Of a stretch of DNA of 56,057 nucleotides, positions 1 to 8,497 are shown in pieces. Numbering within the stretch: the first letter of the stretch is position 1; every line of letters begins with the position of its first letter. The translations under genes were made by a program, and so were the position numbers. Source of the stretch: an uncultured Vicinamibacterales bacterium (GTDB taxonomy: Bacteria > Acidobacteriota > Vicinamibacteria > Vicinamibacterales > 2-12-FULL-66-21); assembly GCA_964476725.1 (NCBI GenBank), contig CAYZBZ010000002.1, positions 1-56,057 of the forward strand. Direction: 5' to 3'. The notes under the pieces are model-generated. The model made no database searches. It was given only the letters and a program-made list of their open reading frames with translations, and was not told the DNA's origin.

Positions 1-46
1 CACCGCCGCGGCGCCACGGCCGCGCGTCTCCGGAATCAACTCGTAG

Positions 47-337
47 CCGCCGCGACATGGGATAGCCGACGTGCCGCGCACCGCCACCGATCCGCATTTC
101 TTCGAGCTCACCGAGCTCTGTCGCGAAGGCTTCCGCCGGTACGTGTCGCATTACGTCGACGCGCTGCACGCCCATCGTCCGGCCTTTCAGGTGACGAGCA
201 ACTGGTCGTACAGCCACTTCATGCCGGAGCCCGTCACGATAAATGTGGACTGGTTGTCGGGGGACTACTCGCAGACCGACAGCGTGAACTCCGCCCGTCT
301 CGCCGCGCGGTATCTGTCGCAACAGGGCAAGCCGTGC
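47..337 (+). pseudogene. Internal fragment of a glycoside hydrolase-like (alpha-L-fucosidase-type) gene
   Basis: Protein-like segment ...FQVTSNWSYSHFMPEPVTINVDWLSGDYS...QGKP. In-frame TAG at 44-46 upstream; after ~337 the frame is antisense of other genes. Confidence 0.45.
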
Positions 338-439
338 GAGCTTCGTATCGCGGGCGCGATAGACCTCGCCCATTCCCCCGGCGCCGAGCGCGGTCGCGAT
401 CTCGTAGACGCCCAGCGTGGTTCCCGAGGCAATGGGCAT
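338..439 (-). pseudogene. N-terminal fragment of a Hanks-type Ser/Thr protein kinase
   Basis: Translates MPIASGTTLGVYEIATALGAGGMGEVYRARDTKL (Gly-rich loop GxGGMGEVY); similarity stops before the VAIK lysine. Confidence 0.8.
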
Positions 440-538
440 GGCGGAATAGGTGCAGAATCTACCACTTTGCGGACCCGGGCGCCATTGCGGGTGGGCACCG
501 TCCAGCGCGGGTTCATGAGCCGCTGCCTGTACCGATTC

Positions 539-1132
539 CTACTGGGGTGTCAGCGAAATCCTGATGCTCTTCACGCCCGCGCCGTCCTTCATGAAGCGGG
601 CGGAGCCCTGCCAGTTGTTCTTCTCGTTGATGACCTTGAAAACCAGGACGTTCTGGCCTTTCGCGAGCGTGACCTCGCCGCTGTCCGTGTCCTTCTCGAG
701 GGTGCGCGTCTCGGCGAACCTGAGGATCTGCTTGCCGTTGACCCACGCCTTGCACTGATCGTTCGAGCCGACGGAAAGGTTCACCTTCATCTCATCGTCG
801 GCGATGACATACGCCACGGCGTAGCCGGCCACGTCCTCGCCCCGCTCTTTGCCGAACGCCAGGAGGAAATCGATGAGGAAATCAGAGGTGGTGTGCGCCT
901 TCCAGGTCAGTTCCTTGCCGTCGACCGTCACCTTGTCGTCGGCCTTCGGCTTGATTGTCGCCTCGCCCTTGAGGAAATCCTTGTCGATTTCGGACGCGCC
1001 CGAGTCCACTTCGACGGCGATGGGGGCCAGGACCAGCCAGTTGCGGATGAATCCTTCCGCGTCGGGGCTGAATGTCGCCTGGGCGGGGAGGAGGATAGCG
1101 CTGAGGAAGGCAACGATCAGGGAAGCTTTCAT
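539..1132 (-). CDS. Secreted jelly-roll/galactose-binding-like domain protein
   Basis: Signal peptide MKASLIVAFLSAILLPAQA; motifs FIRNWLVLAP, GSNDQCKAWVNG, LAKGQNVLVFKV; AAGGAG RBS. Confidence 0.7.
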   Translation of the reverse strand: MKASLIVAFLSAILLPAQATFSPDAEGFIRNWLVLAPIAVEVDSGASEIDKDFLKGEATIKPKADDKVTVDGKELTWKAHTTSDFLIDFLLAFGKERGEDVAGYAVAYVIADDEMKVNLSVGSNDQCKAWVNGKQILRFAETRTLEKDTDSGEVTLAKGQNVLVFKVINEKNNWQGSARFMKDGAGVKSIRISLTPQ

Positions 1133-1423
1133 GGGATCTCCTTTAGGATTACCTTGGGCTCGACTATTAGTAACCAGAGGACGGCGCAAAGCAACGGAAT
1201 CGTGTCGGGGCGCTTGCCCACGCGGCTGCGATGCATGTTCGCCGAAGCTGTTCCATCGTCTTGGATCCGAATGTCGTTGGCTGGAAAGCGGATCGCCTAT
1301 TTCACGCGCTCGACGACCAGCATGTGGCCGTCGTGCGGAAGTCGGATATTGCGAGCGGCGGTGCGTTTGAATCGCTGAATCGAACGAGCTACGGGTATCC
1401 AGGGGTGGTTGGCGGCAGTCCAG

Positions 1424-2460
1424 TCAACCAGCCGCCCCTGAACCCCGCGCGGGCGCAGGCCCACAGCGACGTGGACAGCTCCGCATGAGCCGCCAGATCA
1501 ACCCTGAACGATAGTCCTCGATCATCAGAATGACCGGCCCCTGATCGAGCGCGAAGTGGTCGTGCGAGATCCAGCCGGAACCTCCGGAGCCGCGATTCGG
1601 AAACGTCGGATTGACGCTGCAGACGAGCCCGTACTCGCTTTCCATCTTCGGGTACGCCACGGAACAGTGCTGCAGGGTGGGAAGCACGATCTCAGGAGCG
1701 AACGGCAGCGATGCGACGACGGCCCACGGAGCCAGCGTGCCATCGTCGGGACCATACGGCACGCCTCGCGCGACATACCCCAGGAAGCGCCGTGTGACTC
1801 CTCTCACTCGGCGCGTCGTCGGACCCGGGCCGTTACTCGCGGTGATGCCCCAGGCGTGCTGGCCATAATCGCGAAAGCCCTTGGGATTGCGGATGCCGTA
1901 CTGTTGGTTCACGTAGGTTGCGCGACGGCTGTTCTCGAAGTAGTCAATCGCCTGCCGGCGCATGAAGGCATCCTGGATGCCGCGGAAGTCAATCCACAGG
2001 TGGGAGAGCTGATGCATGAACAGCGGGGCGCCGTAAAGAAATTCGTGGCCGTACAGCCTCTTCCAGCGATAGGTCGACGTCCAGGCGAGATAGCTCTTCT
2101 CGGGCAAGGGGTGCGTCGGCGAGCCAAGGCCGAGCACGTACAGAATCAACGCCTCGCTATATCCCTGCCAGCGATGTCGCAAGAAGCCGGTTTCCGGCTT
2201 CCATCCGTGTGAGACGGTCGCTTGACCGTTTCGCGCCCATCGCCAATCCACGCGCCGGTACAACGAGTCGGCGAGCCTCCGCACCTCACGCTCGTCGTGC
2301 GTTTCCTGATCGAAATAGGCAGCAGCGGTTAACGCGCCGGCGATCAGGATGGTCGTGTCTATGGTCGACAGCTCAGAACGCCACGCGCGCCGGCCACGAA
2401 CGAGCGCTCGACCGCGACGGGATAGCTGGAGAGAGCCAATCCCACACCGGCGATGCTGGC
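1424..2460 (-). pseudogene. Glucoamylase-family (GH144-like) glycoside hydrolase, degraded
   Basis: Motifs SELSTIDT, HGWKPE, GYSEAL, WGITAS, DDGTLAP, DQGP. The N-terminal ASIAGVGLALSSYPVAVERSF is in another frame and abuts GRRAW (internal deletion); C-terminus frameshifted. Confidence 0.8.
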
Positions 2461-2607
2461 AGGAATGCATCGAAGAGCGGAACAGCCATCCAGGACATCA
2501 CCGACGGATTCAGCAGCCGCGCGACCTGCGGGCGCCTGTCACTCAAGCGGCCGTTTCGAGGTTGGCCGGCATTGCGGGAGACGGGTTGTCACGTTCCAGC
2601 AATCCGG

Positions 2608-3489
2608 TTACAGCGCTCGCACCGCGGCCACGATGGCGTCGGCATTCCCGCTGACCACGTAGGCGATGCGGCCATCGCCGCCGATCACGTAGACGATGGA
2701 CGGGTGCGAGATGTCGCCGGTCTTCTCGTTGCGCACGCGCGGCACGCGCCAGCCGTTCAGCGTGCGCTCGACCTCCTCGGGCGCGCCCGAGAGAACGTGC
2801 GCATCTCCATCCAGGCCCCACTGCTTCGCGATCGACGCGAGGCGGCTTGGCGTGTCGCGCCACGGGTCCAGGGTCACGATGAGCACGCGGGGAGGATCGC
2901 TGCCGAGCCGGCGTCGAGCTGCCAGCACGTCAGCGACGATGAGCGGGCACACGGTCTGACAATGCGCGAATGCGAACGCGACAAGCACCGGCCGCCCGCG
3001 GGACGACTCCAGCGTGACCTCCCGTCCAGTCTGATCGGTGAGCGCCAGGGGAGGCGCCACGTCATTCACGCGCGTCAGCTGCGCTGCTGCGATCTCTCCC
3101 GGACTGGTTGGGAACGGCTCCAGGCCGGCGGTGCGCACGCGGGCAACAACGCTCCCGAGGCCGGCGAGGAGCAGGGCCGAGACGACGCCGACTGCCAGCT
3201 GGCCAGCGACCCGCGCCGTGGCCAGCGCCATCCCCTCTCGCAGGTCGGTTCCCCACACCCCGGCCAACAGCGCGATCATGCCGGCGGGTTGACCGACGAG
3301 CAGCACCCAGCCGCCCGCGTTCGGCAGGCGATCGGCCGTCGACCCGAAGCACACCTCACGCGTCCGCAGGAGCCACTCCGGCGCGGCACTGCCGACCGGC
3401 CAGAGCGCGAGCGCCCACCACGACGCGGTGATCACGACGATCGCCCCGAGCGCGGTTACGGCGGCCCACGCGCGCCCGGCCGCCATCAC
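2608..3489 (-). CDS. SCO/SenC copper chaperone with N-terminal membrane domain
   Basis: CQTVCP (CxxxC), TLDPWRDTP and distal His (ISHPS); overlaps the subunit I stop. Confidence 0.9.
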   Translation of the reverse strand: MMAAGRAWAAVTALGAIVVITASWWALALWPVGSAAPEWLLRTREVCFGSTADRLPNAGGWVLLVGQPAGMIALLAGVWGTDLREGMALATARVAGQLAVGVVSALLLAGLGSVVARVRTAGLEPFPTSPGEIAAAQLTRVNDVAPPLALTDQTGREVTLESSRGRPVLVAFAFAHCQTVCPLIVADVLAARRRLGSDPPRVLIVTLDPWRDTPSRLASIAKQWGLDGDAHVLSGAPEEVERTLNGWRVPRVRNEKTGDISHPSIVYVIGGDGRIAYVVSGNADAIVAAVRAL

Positions 3490-5258
3490 CCGATCCTCCA
3501 GAGGACCGACAGGATCTTCCAGTTCACGAAGAAGTAGACGACGAACGCCGCGAGGAACACGAACGCCAGTACGATCGTACCGGGGGCGGGTCCCATGGCG
3601 CCGGGCGCGTCACGGTGCAGTGCGGCGTTGCGGGCGTCGACATCCGGCGCGTGCACGGGCGGATGCGTGAGGCCGGCCGGCACGCCTGCCATCGCCACGC
3701 CCTTGAGGATTTCGCCGAGGGGCTCGCCGAAGAAGACGGACTTGACCGCGATCGCGACGAACAGGAAGGCGCCCGTGGCGGCGATCAGCCCGCCAAACGC
3801 CATGACCGCCAGGATGAGATCGACGATCGGATTGAATTGCACATCGAACGGCGCCTGGCTGAAGGTGATGTCCCAGTGGCGCCGGGGCACGCCGAAGCTG
3901 CCCGCGAAGGTCATCGACAGCGTGAAGATCAGCATGCCGCCGGCGAAGAGATACGGCTGGATCCTGGCGCCCTTCCAGAACGCCACCTTCTTCTGGAAGA
4001 TCAGGGGAATGAGGTAGTACGTGACGCCCATGAACGCCATGGCGGTGCCGCTCACCACCGTTGCATGGAAGTGTCCTGGAACACGCAACGTGTTGTGCAC
4101 CATGATATTGATCTGCTCGGTGCCGATCGTCACCCCGGTGATCCCGCCGACGAAGCCGAAGACGACGAGCGAGAACACGAGAGAGCTGAACCCCGGGTCG
4201 CCCCATGGCGCGCGGCGCAGCCAGTCGAACATGCCGTTGGTGAACCCGCGCAGGCGCATCCCGAGCTCCATCCCCGCCGGCACGGTGAAGCCGTGAATCA
4301 TGGAGGCGAGCACGGCCATGTACATGAAGTAGCTCGTGTTCACGACCTTCCAGGCGGGCCCCATGCCGGGGTCGACCAGCAGGTGGTGCGCCGACGCCAT
4401 CGAGATGAACAGGATGTACAGCACGAACGCCGATCGGCTGATCTTCTCGTTGAGCACGACCGATCCGATGGTGAGCGCGCCGAGCATGTACCAGATGGAC
4501 ACCATGGCGGCGACATTGATCTGCTGCGACGAGTGGCCAAGCCCCCACCAGATCATCCGGTAGATCTGCGGATCCACCTCCATCAACCCAAGCGACCAGA
4601 GGTAGGTCGGAATGTAGATGGCTGCACCGTGGACGAGGGTGATGACGGCGATGATCGCGGCCGTCATCGCGCCGTAGACCACCAGGGGCAGAGATCCCTC
4701 GTAAGTCCTCTCCCGCTTGGCCACGACGAGGTTCGCGAAGAAGACGCCGACCGTCACCAGGGCGCCGACCGCGAAGAAGATCACGCCCAGGTAGAAGTTC
4801 GGATCGGCCCGCAGGGGAACGTACGACGTGAAGAGGACATCGGCCCGGCCGGACCACATCATCGCCTCGACCATCAGCGCGCCGGCGAGCATCAGCGCGA
4901 AGGCGGCCCAGGAGGTCTTCGGCGCGCTGTTGCGCGCGTTGAGGAGCACCGTGCCGGCGAAGAACAGCACTGCCATCTCGAAGAAGAGGATGAAGAAGAT
5001 CAGCATGCTCATGCCGTGCACGCCGAGGATGCGGTAGAACCAGACAGCCGGGAGCAGGTGCACGGCCTGCCAGCGCGTCAGCACCAGCAGCACCGCGGCG
5101 ATGGCGCCGACGAGCAGCGACACCACCGAGGCCACGGCGTGCACCTTGATCAGGCGCTCGGCGCCGAGGTCGATGCGATACCCGGTGGCCGGGCAGGTCC
5201 GGAAACCGGCGCCGGCGCGCGCCGGTGCGACATCGGAGTCGCCGACTGGAGTAGTCAT
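3486..5258 (-). CDS. Heme-copper oxidoreductase subunit I, B-family-derived, eNOR-like nitric oxide reductase
   Basis: Six His ligands (H81, H242, H291/H292, H396/H398). Helix VI reads WWGLGHSSQQ, with Gln246 at the cross-linked Tyr position. Confidence 0.85.
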   Translation of the reverse strand: MTTPVGDSDVAPARAGAGFRTCPATGYRIDLGAERLIKVHAVASVVSLLVGAIAAVLLVLTRWQAVHLLPAVWFYRILGVHGMSMLIFFILFFEMAVLFFAGTVLLNARNSAPKTSWAAFALMLAGALMVEAMMWSGRADVLFTSYVPLRADPNFYLGVIFFAVGALVTVGVFFANLVVAKRERTYEGSLPLVVYGAMTAAIIAVITLVHGAAIYIPTYLWSLGLMEVDPQIYRMIWWGLGHSSQQINVAAMVSIWYMLGALTIGSVVLNEKISRSAFVLYILFISMASAHHLLVDPGMGPAWKVVNTSYFMYMAVLASMIHGFTVPAGMELGMRLRGFTNGMFDWLRRAPWGDPGFSSLVFSLVVFGFVGGITGVTIGTEQINIMVHNTLRVPGHFHATVVSGTAMAFMGVTYYLIPLIFQKKVAFWKGARIQPYLFAGGMLIFTLSMTFAGSFGVPRRHWDITFSQAPFDVQFNPIVDLILAVMAFGGLIAATGAFLFVAIAVKSVFFGEPLGEILKGVAMAGVPAGLTHPPVHAPDVDARNAALHRDAPGAMGPAPGTIVLAFVFLAAFVVYFFVNWKILSVLWRIG

Positions 5259-5836
5259 TGGGTGGCTCCTGACTTCGCAGCGGAGAGCGGCGCGTCCTCG
5301 ACGATGACGCGCCCGACCATCATGTGGTGGCCGATGCCGCAGAACTCGTTGCAGATGATGCGGAAATCACCCGAGGCGTTCGGGGTCACCCGCAGGCCGT
5401 AGTCGTACCCGGGTACGACCTGGAAATTGACGTTGATCGGGTAGAGCGAGAATCCGTGGTTGACGTCGAGCGACGAGAGGTGGAGCGTGTACTGCGCGTT
5501 CTTCTGCAGCCTGACGATCGGGAACCACTGGAACGAGACCGCCGCCAGATAGACGTCGGAGCCCGGCGGCGGCGTCACGATTGGCATGCCCCGGTCGTCT
5601 CCTGTCTGGTACTGCTTGATGAACTCGCTGACCCGTGCCCCGAACGCCTGCGGGGTCGTGCGGCTCCGGATGCCGGACGGATTCTGCCCGCCCTTCCAGT
5701 GCCAGAGCGGCATCATGGCGAACAGCACCATGCACCACGCAAAGGCGATCCCGACCCAGACCTTCTCCGACTTGTGCGCGGGTTTCCACCAGGTGCCCTT
5801 GGGAGCGTCGAGCCCGGTATGCGTTTCAGTGTGCAT
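5255..5836 (-). CDS. CuA-containing heme-copper oxidoreductase subunit II
   Basis: One TM helix, DVNHGF, and CuA motif CNEFCGIGHHMM. Confidence 0.92.
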   Translation of the reverse strand: MHTETHTGLDAPKGTWWKPAHKSEKVWVGIAFAWCMVLFAMMPLWHWKGGQNPSGIRSRTTPQAFGARVSEFIKQYQTGDDRGMPIVTPPPGSDVYLAAVSFQWFPIVRLQKNAQYTLHLSSLDVNHGFSLYPINVNFQVVPGYDYGLRVTPNASGDFRIICNEFCGIGHHMMVGRVIVEDAPLSAAKSGATQ

Positions 5837-5845
5837 GGGGGAACC

Positions 5846-6016
5846 TCACGGCAGTGGACCAGCCGGGAGGCTCGTGATCTCCCAGAGGCCCCAACCGGTG
5901 TAAAGGACGAGCATGATCAGGAGACCAGCTCCGAGCAGGAGGAACACGTTGTCGAACAGGCGCTGGCCGAGCGGCACGAGCTCGTCGGGAACGGGTGCCT
6001 GAAGGCGCGTTTTCAT
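5846..6016 (-). CDS. Small single-TM protein (56 aa), first gene of the heme-copper operon
   Basis: Hand translation MKTRLQAPVPDELVPLGQRLFDNVFLLLGAGLLIMLVLYTGWGLWEITSLPAGPLP*; GGAG RBS; ends 9 nt before subunit II; absent from the ORF track. Confidence 0.75.
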   Translation of the reverse strand: MKTRLQAPVPDELVPLGQRLFDNVFLLLGAGLLIMLVLYTGWGLWEITSLPAGPLP

Positions 6017-6090
6017 GTGACTCCCTGCGCGGCAAAAGGGACCGGATCGCGCGACGGCCGCCAGTTTATGCCGCGGCCCGCTGGCGCGGG

Positions 6091-6106
6091 TATGATGGCC
6101 GTCATA
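6091..6106. promoter_or_regulatory. Palindrome TATGA-N6-TCATA, CRP/FNR-family-like box
   Basis: TATGATGGCCGTCATA in the 128-bp divergent intergenic region. Confidence 0.45.
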
Positions 6107-6144
6107 TCCGCAGCCGATGGGGTCGGCAAGAATTCACTCAGTTC

Positions 6145-7713
6145 ATGGCTGCCGTCCCACGCCCCTCCGAGCGACTGGCGCTCCGGCTGCTGACAACGGC
6201 GGATGCGCTATGTAACCGCCTGTACGAGCAGCGGTTCAATCCCCTGTACCAGAGCGGCACGATCGTCGTCGCCCTCAATCTCGTGCTGCTCGTCACGGGC
6301 CTCTGGCTCATCCTCTTCTACCGCGTCGGCGCGCCGTGGGAATCGGTGGCGCGCCTGACCGCCAATCCGTGGCTGGGCAATTGGGTGCGCGGGCTGCACC
6401 GCTACGCCAGCGATCTCGCCGTCATCGCGACGGCCGCCCACGCCTTCCGCATGTTCGCGCAGGGACGAAGCTGGGGCGCACGCGCGATGGCGTGGATGAC
6501 CGGGTGCCTTCTCCTGTTGCTGCTCTTCATCTGCGGGTGGACGGGGTATGTGATGGTGTGGGACACCTTCGGCGAGCACCTCGCCCGCGAAGGGGCACGG
6601 ATGCTCGACACCCTGCCGGTCCTCTCCGAGCCGACGAGCCGGGCCTTTACCGGCGAGCAGCCCGTGCCGACGGTGTTCTTCTTCCTGAACCTGTTCGCTC
6701 ACATCGGCATCCCGCTCGCCATGGGCGTGGTGTTCTGGCTCCACGTCAAGCGGCTCGCGCGGCCCGCCCTGCTGCCGCCGCGCCCGGTGATGTGGCTGGT
6801 CGTCTCCGCCCTGACCGCAACCGCCATCGTCTGGCCACTGGAGATGGCGCCGCAGGCAGACCCGTTCGTGCTGCCCGCGAACGTCCCGGCCGATCTCTTC
6901 TTCGCGTTCTGGATCCCGCTCGTACAGGCCCTGAGCGGTGGGCAGGCGCTGCTCGTCGCGACGGGCCTCGGGGTGGCGCTCGTCGCCGTGCCCTGGTTCA
7001 CCGCGCGTCGCGGCGCGGCCGCGCCGCCTCCATCGGTGGTCGAGGAAGACATCTGCGTGGGGTGCGTCCAGTGCTCGATCGATTGCCCGTATGGGGCGAT
7101 CACCATGTTCGAGCGCACCAGCCGCCGCTCGGATCTCGTGGCCCGTGTCGACCCTGACCTCTGCGTGAGCTGCGGTATCTGTGCCGGATCGTGTCCCCCG
7201 ATGGGCGTCGGCCCGCCCGGCCGGGCCGCACGCGATCAGATGGCTGCGGTGCGCGAGTTCCTCGCCGCACCTGGACGGGGCGCCGGCGAGATCGTCGTCA
7301 TCTGCTGCGATCACGGCGCCGGGGGGTTTGCCTCCGATGTGGCGGCGGCCGGTGGCGTGCCGTATCCGATCGACTGTGCCGGCAACCTGCACACCTCGGT
7401 CGTCGAGACCCTCCTGCGCGCGGGTGCCGGCGGCGTGCTGATTCTGGCCTGTCCGCAGCGCGACTGCTGGAATCGCGAGGGGCCGCGCTGGCTCGGCGAG
7501 CGCCTGTATGGCGGGCGCGAAGCCGAGCTGCAGCCCAGGGTCGAGCGCGCGCGGTTTCGGATTGTGAACGTCAACGCGCGCGAACGAGGACGCGCGATCG
7601 AGGCCCTGCGCGCGTTTGCCGCCGAGATCGCCGCCTTGGGCCCGCCGGCCGAAGCTGAGGCGCCGGAGGCAGAGGTCCAGTGCGAACCGGCGCTCGCCGA
7701 GAGGGACTCATGA
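6145..7713 (+). CDS. Cytochrome b / 2x[4Fe-4S] ferredoxin / MvhD(FlpD)-like fusion membrane protein
   Basis: Two H-x13-H pairs (GLHRY..AHAF; FAHIG..LHVK); CVGCVQCSIDCP; CVSCGICAGSCP; then CCDHG, CAGNL, ACPQRDCWNREG. Confidence 0.85.
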   Translation: MAAVPRPSERLALRLLTTADALCNRLYEQRFNPLYQSGTIVVALNLVLLVTGLWLILFYRVGAPWESVARLTANPWLGNWVRGLHRYASDLAVIATAAHAFRMFAQGRSWGARAMAWMTGCLLLLLLFICGWTGYVMVWDTFGEHLAREGARMLDTLPVLSEPTSRAFTGEQPVPTVFFFLNLFAHIGIPLAMGVVFWLHVKRLARPALLPPRPVMWLVVSALTATAIVWPLEMAPQADPFVLPANVPADLFFAFWIPLVQALSGGQALLVATGLGVALVAVPWFTARRGAAAPPPSVVEEDICVGCVQCSIDCPYGAITMFERTSRRSDLVARVDPDLCVSCGICAGSCPPMGVGPPGRAARDQMAAVREFLAAPGRGAGEIVVICCDHGAGGFASDVAAAGGVPYPIDCAGNLHTSVVETLLRAGAGGVLILACPQRDCWNREGPRWLGERLYGGREAELQPRVERARFRIVNVNARERGRAIEALRAFAAEIAALGPPAEAEAPEAEVQCEPALAERDS

Positions 7714-8312
7714 CGCCACGCGATCGCGCCGCCGGCATCGCGCTCGCCGCCGCCGTCATGGCTGGCCTCGTCTGGGCGTCGAACGCCCCGATGACTGCGA
7801 ATCGCTCCCCGGACGCCATGCTGCGGCTGGCGTGGAGTGCCCGCCCGGAGCGCATCGAGAAGTGCCGGCAGCAGAGCGAGGAGGAGCTGGCGCGGCTGTC
7901 GCCGCACATGCGCCAGCCGGTCGCCTGCGAGGGCACGACCGCGGAGTATCGACTGCAGGTGCGGCGCGAGGGCGCGCTCGTCGCGGAACGGGTCGTACGC
8001 GGGGGCGGCCTGCGGCGGGACCGCCGGCTCTACGTGTTCGAGGAGCTCCTGCTGCCGCCTGGCGAGGCTACAGTGGAGGTCAGGTTCGATCGCGTGGATT
8101 CCAGTGACCCGGGCTTGGCCGCCGATCGGGGCGATCACGAGAGAGCCGAACGCGGGGCGACGTTCAACCCGGCGCAACGCGGCGAGGTCCCGCCGCACCT
8201 GTCGCTCGCGCGGCGCCTCCGCTTCTCGTCACGCGAGGTGATTCTCGTGACCTATGATTCGGATCGGCAGGAGCTCGTCGCGGTGCAAGGCTCTCCACGC
8301 GCGACTCGATGA
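7710..8312 (+). CDS. Membrane-anchored hypothetical protein coupled to the cytochrome b fusion
   Basis: ATGA overlap with upstream stop; N-terminal hydrophobic helix; two Cys (EKCR...VACE). Confidence 0.7.
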   Translation: MTPRDRAAGIALAAAVMAGLVWASNAPMTANRSPDAMLRLAWSARPERIEKCRQQSEEELARLSPHMRQPVACEGTTAEYRLQVRREGALVAERVVRGGGLRRDRRLYVFEELLLPPGEATVEVRFDRVDSSDPGLAADRGDHERAERGATFNPAQRGEVPPHLSLARRLRFSSREVILVTYDSDRQELVAVQGSPRATR

Positions 8313-8497
8313 GGCCGATTGTCCGCGCGAGGAAGCACGGTCGGAATGAGGTCGCTACGATGCCGCACCGAGGCCGAGAAGCAGCTCCAGGACCTGAATA
8401 ACGCGAAGACCCGGCGGCGTCGAAAGACGGCACCGCGTGCTGTCGTCAGGCCCGCGCGTGCTACGATACCGCCGCTCTCGGAAAGGAGACCGCCGTG

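Noticed and set aside
3486-5258. Calling subunit I a ba3/cbb3 oxygen reductase
   Set aside because: The helix VI Tyr is replaced by Gln, and subunit II is CuA-type rather than cytochrome c-type.
3610-5402. Long alternative-frame and antisense ORFs (also 11627-13678, 20464-22149, 47365-49191)
   Set aside because: Shadows of real high-GC genes; Arg/Ala/Pro-rich with no motifs.
6145-7713. Hydrogenase or bc1 complex
   Set aside because: No NiFe/FeFe catalytic subunit, Rieske protein or cytochrome c1 nearby; PEWY motif absent.
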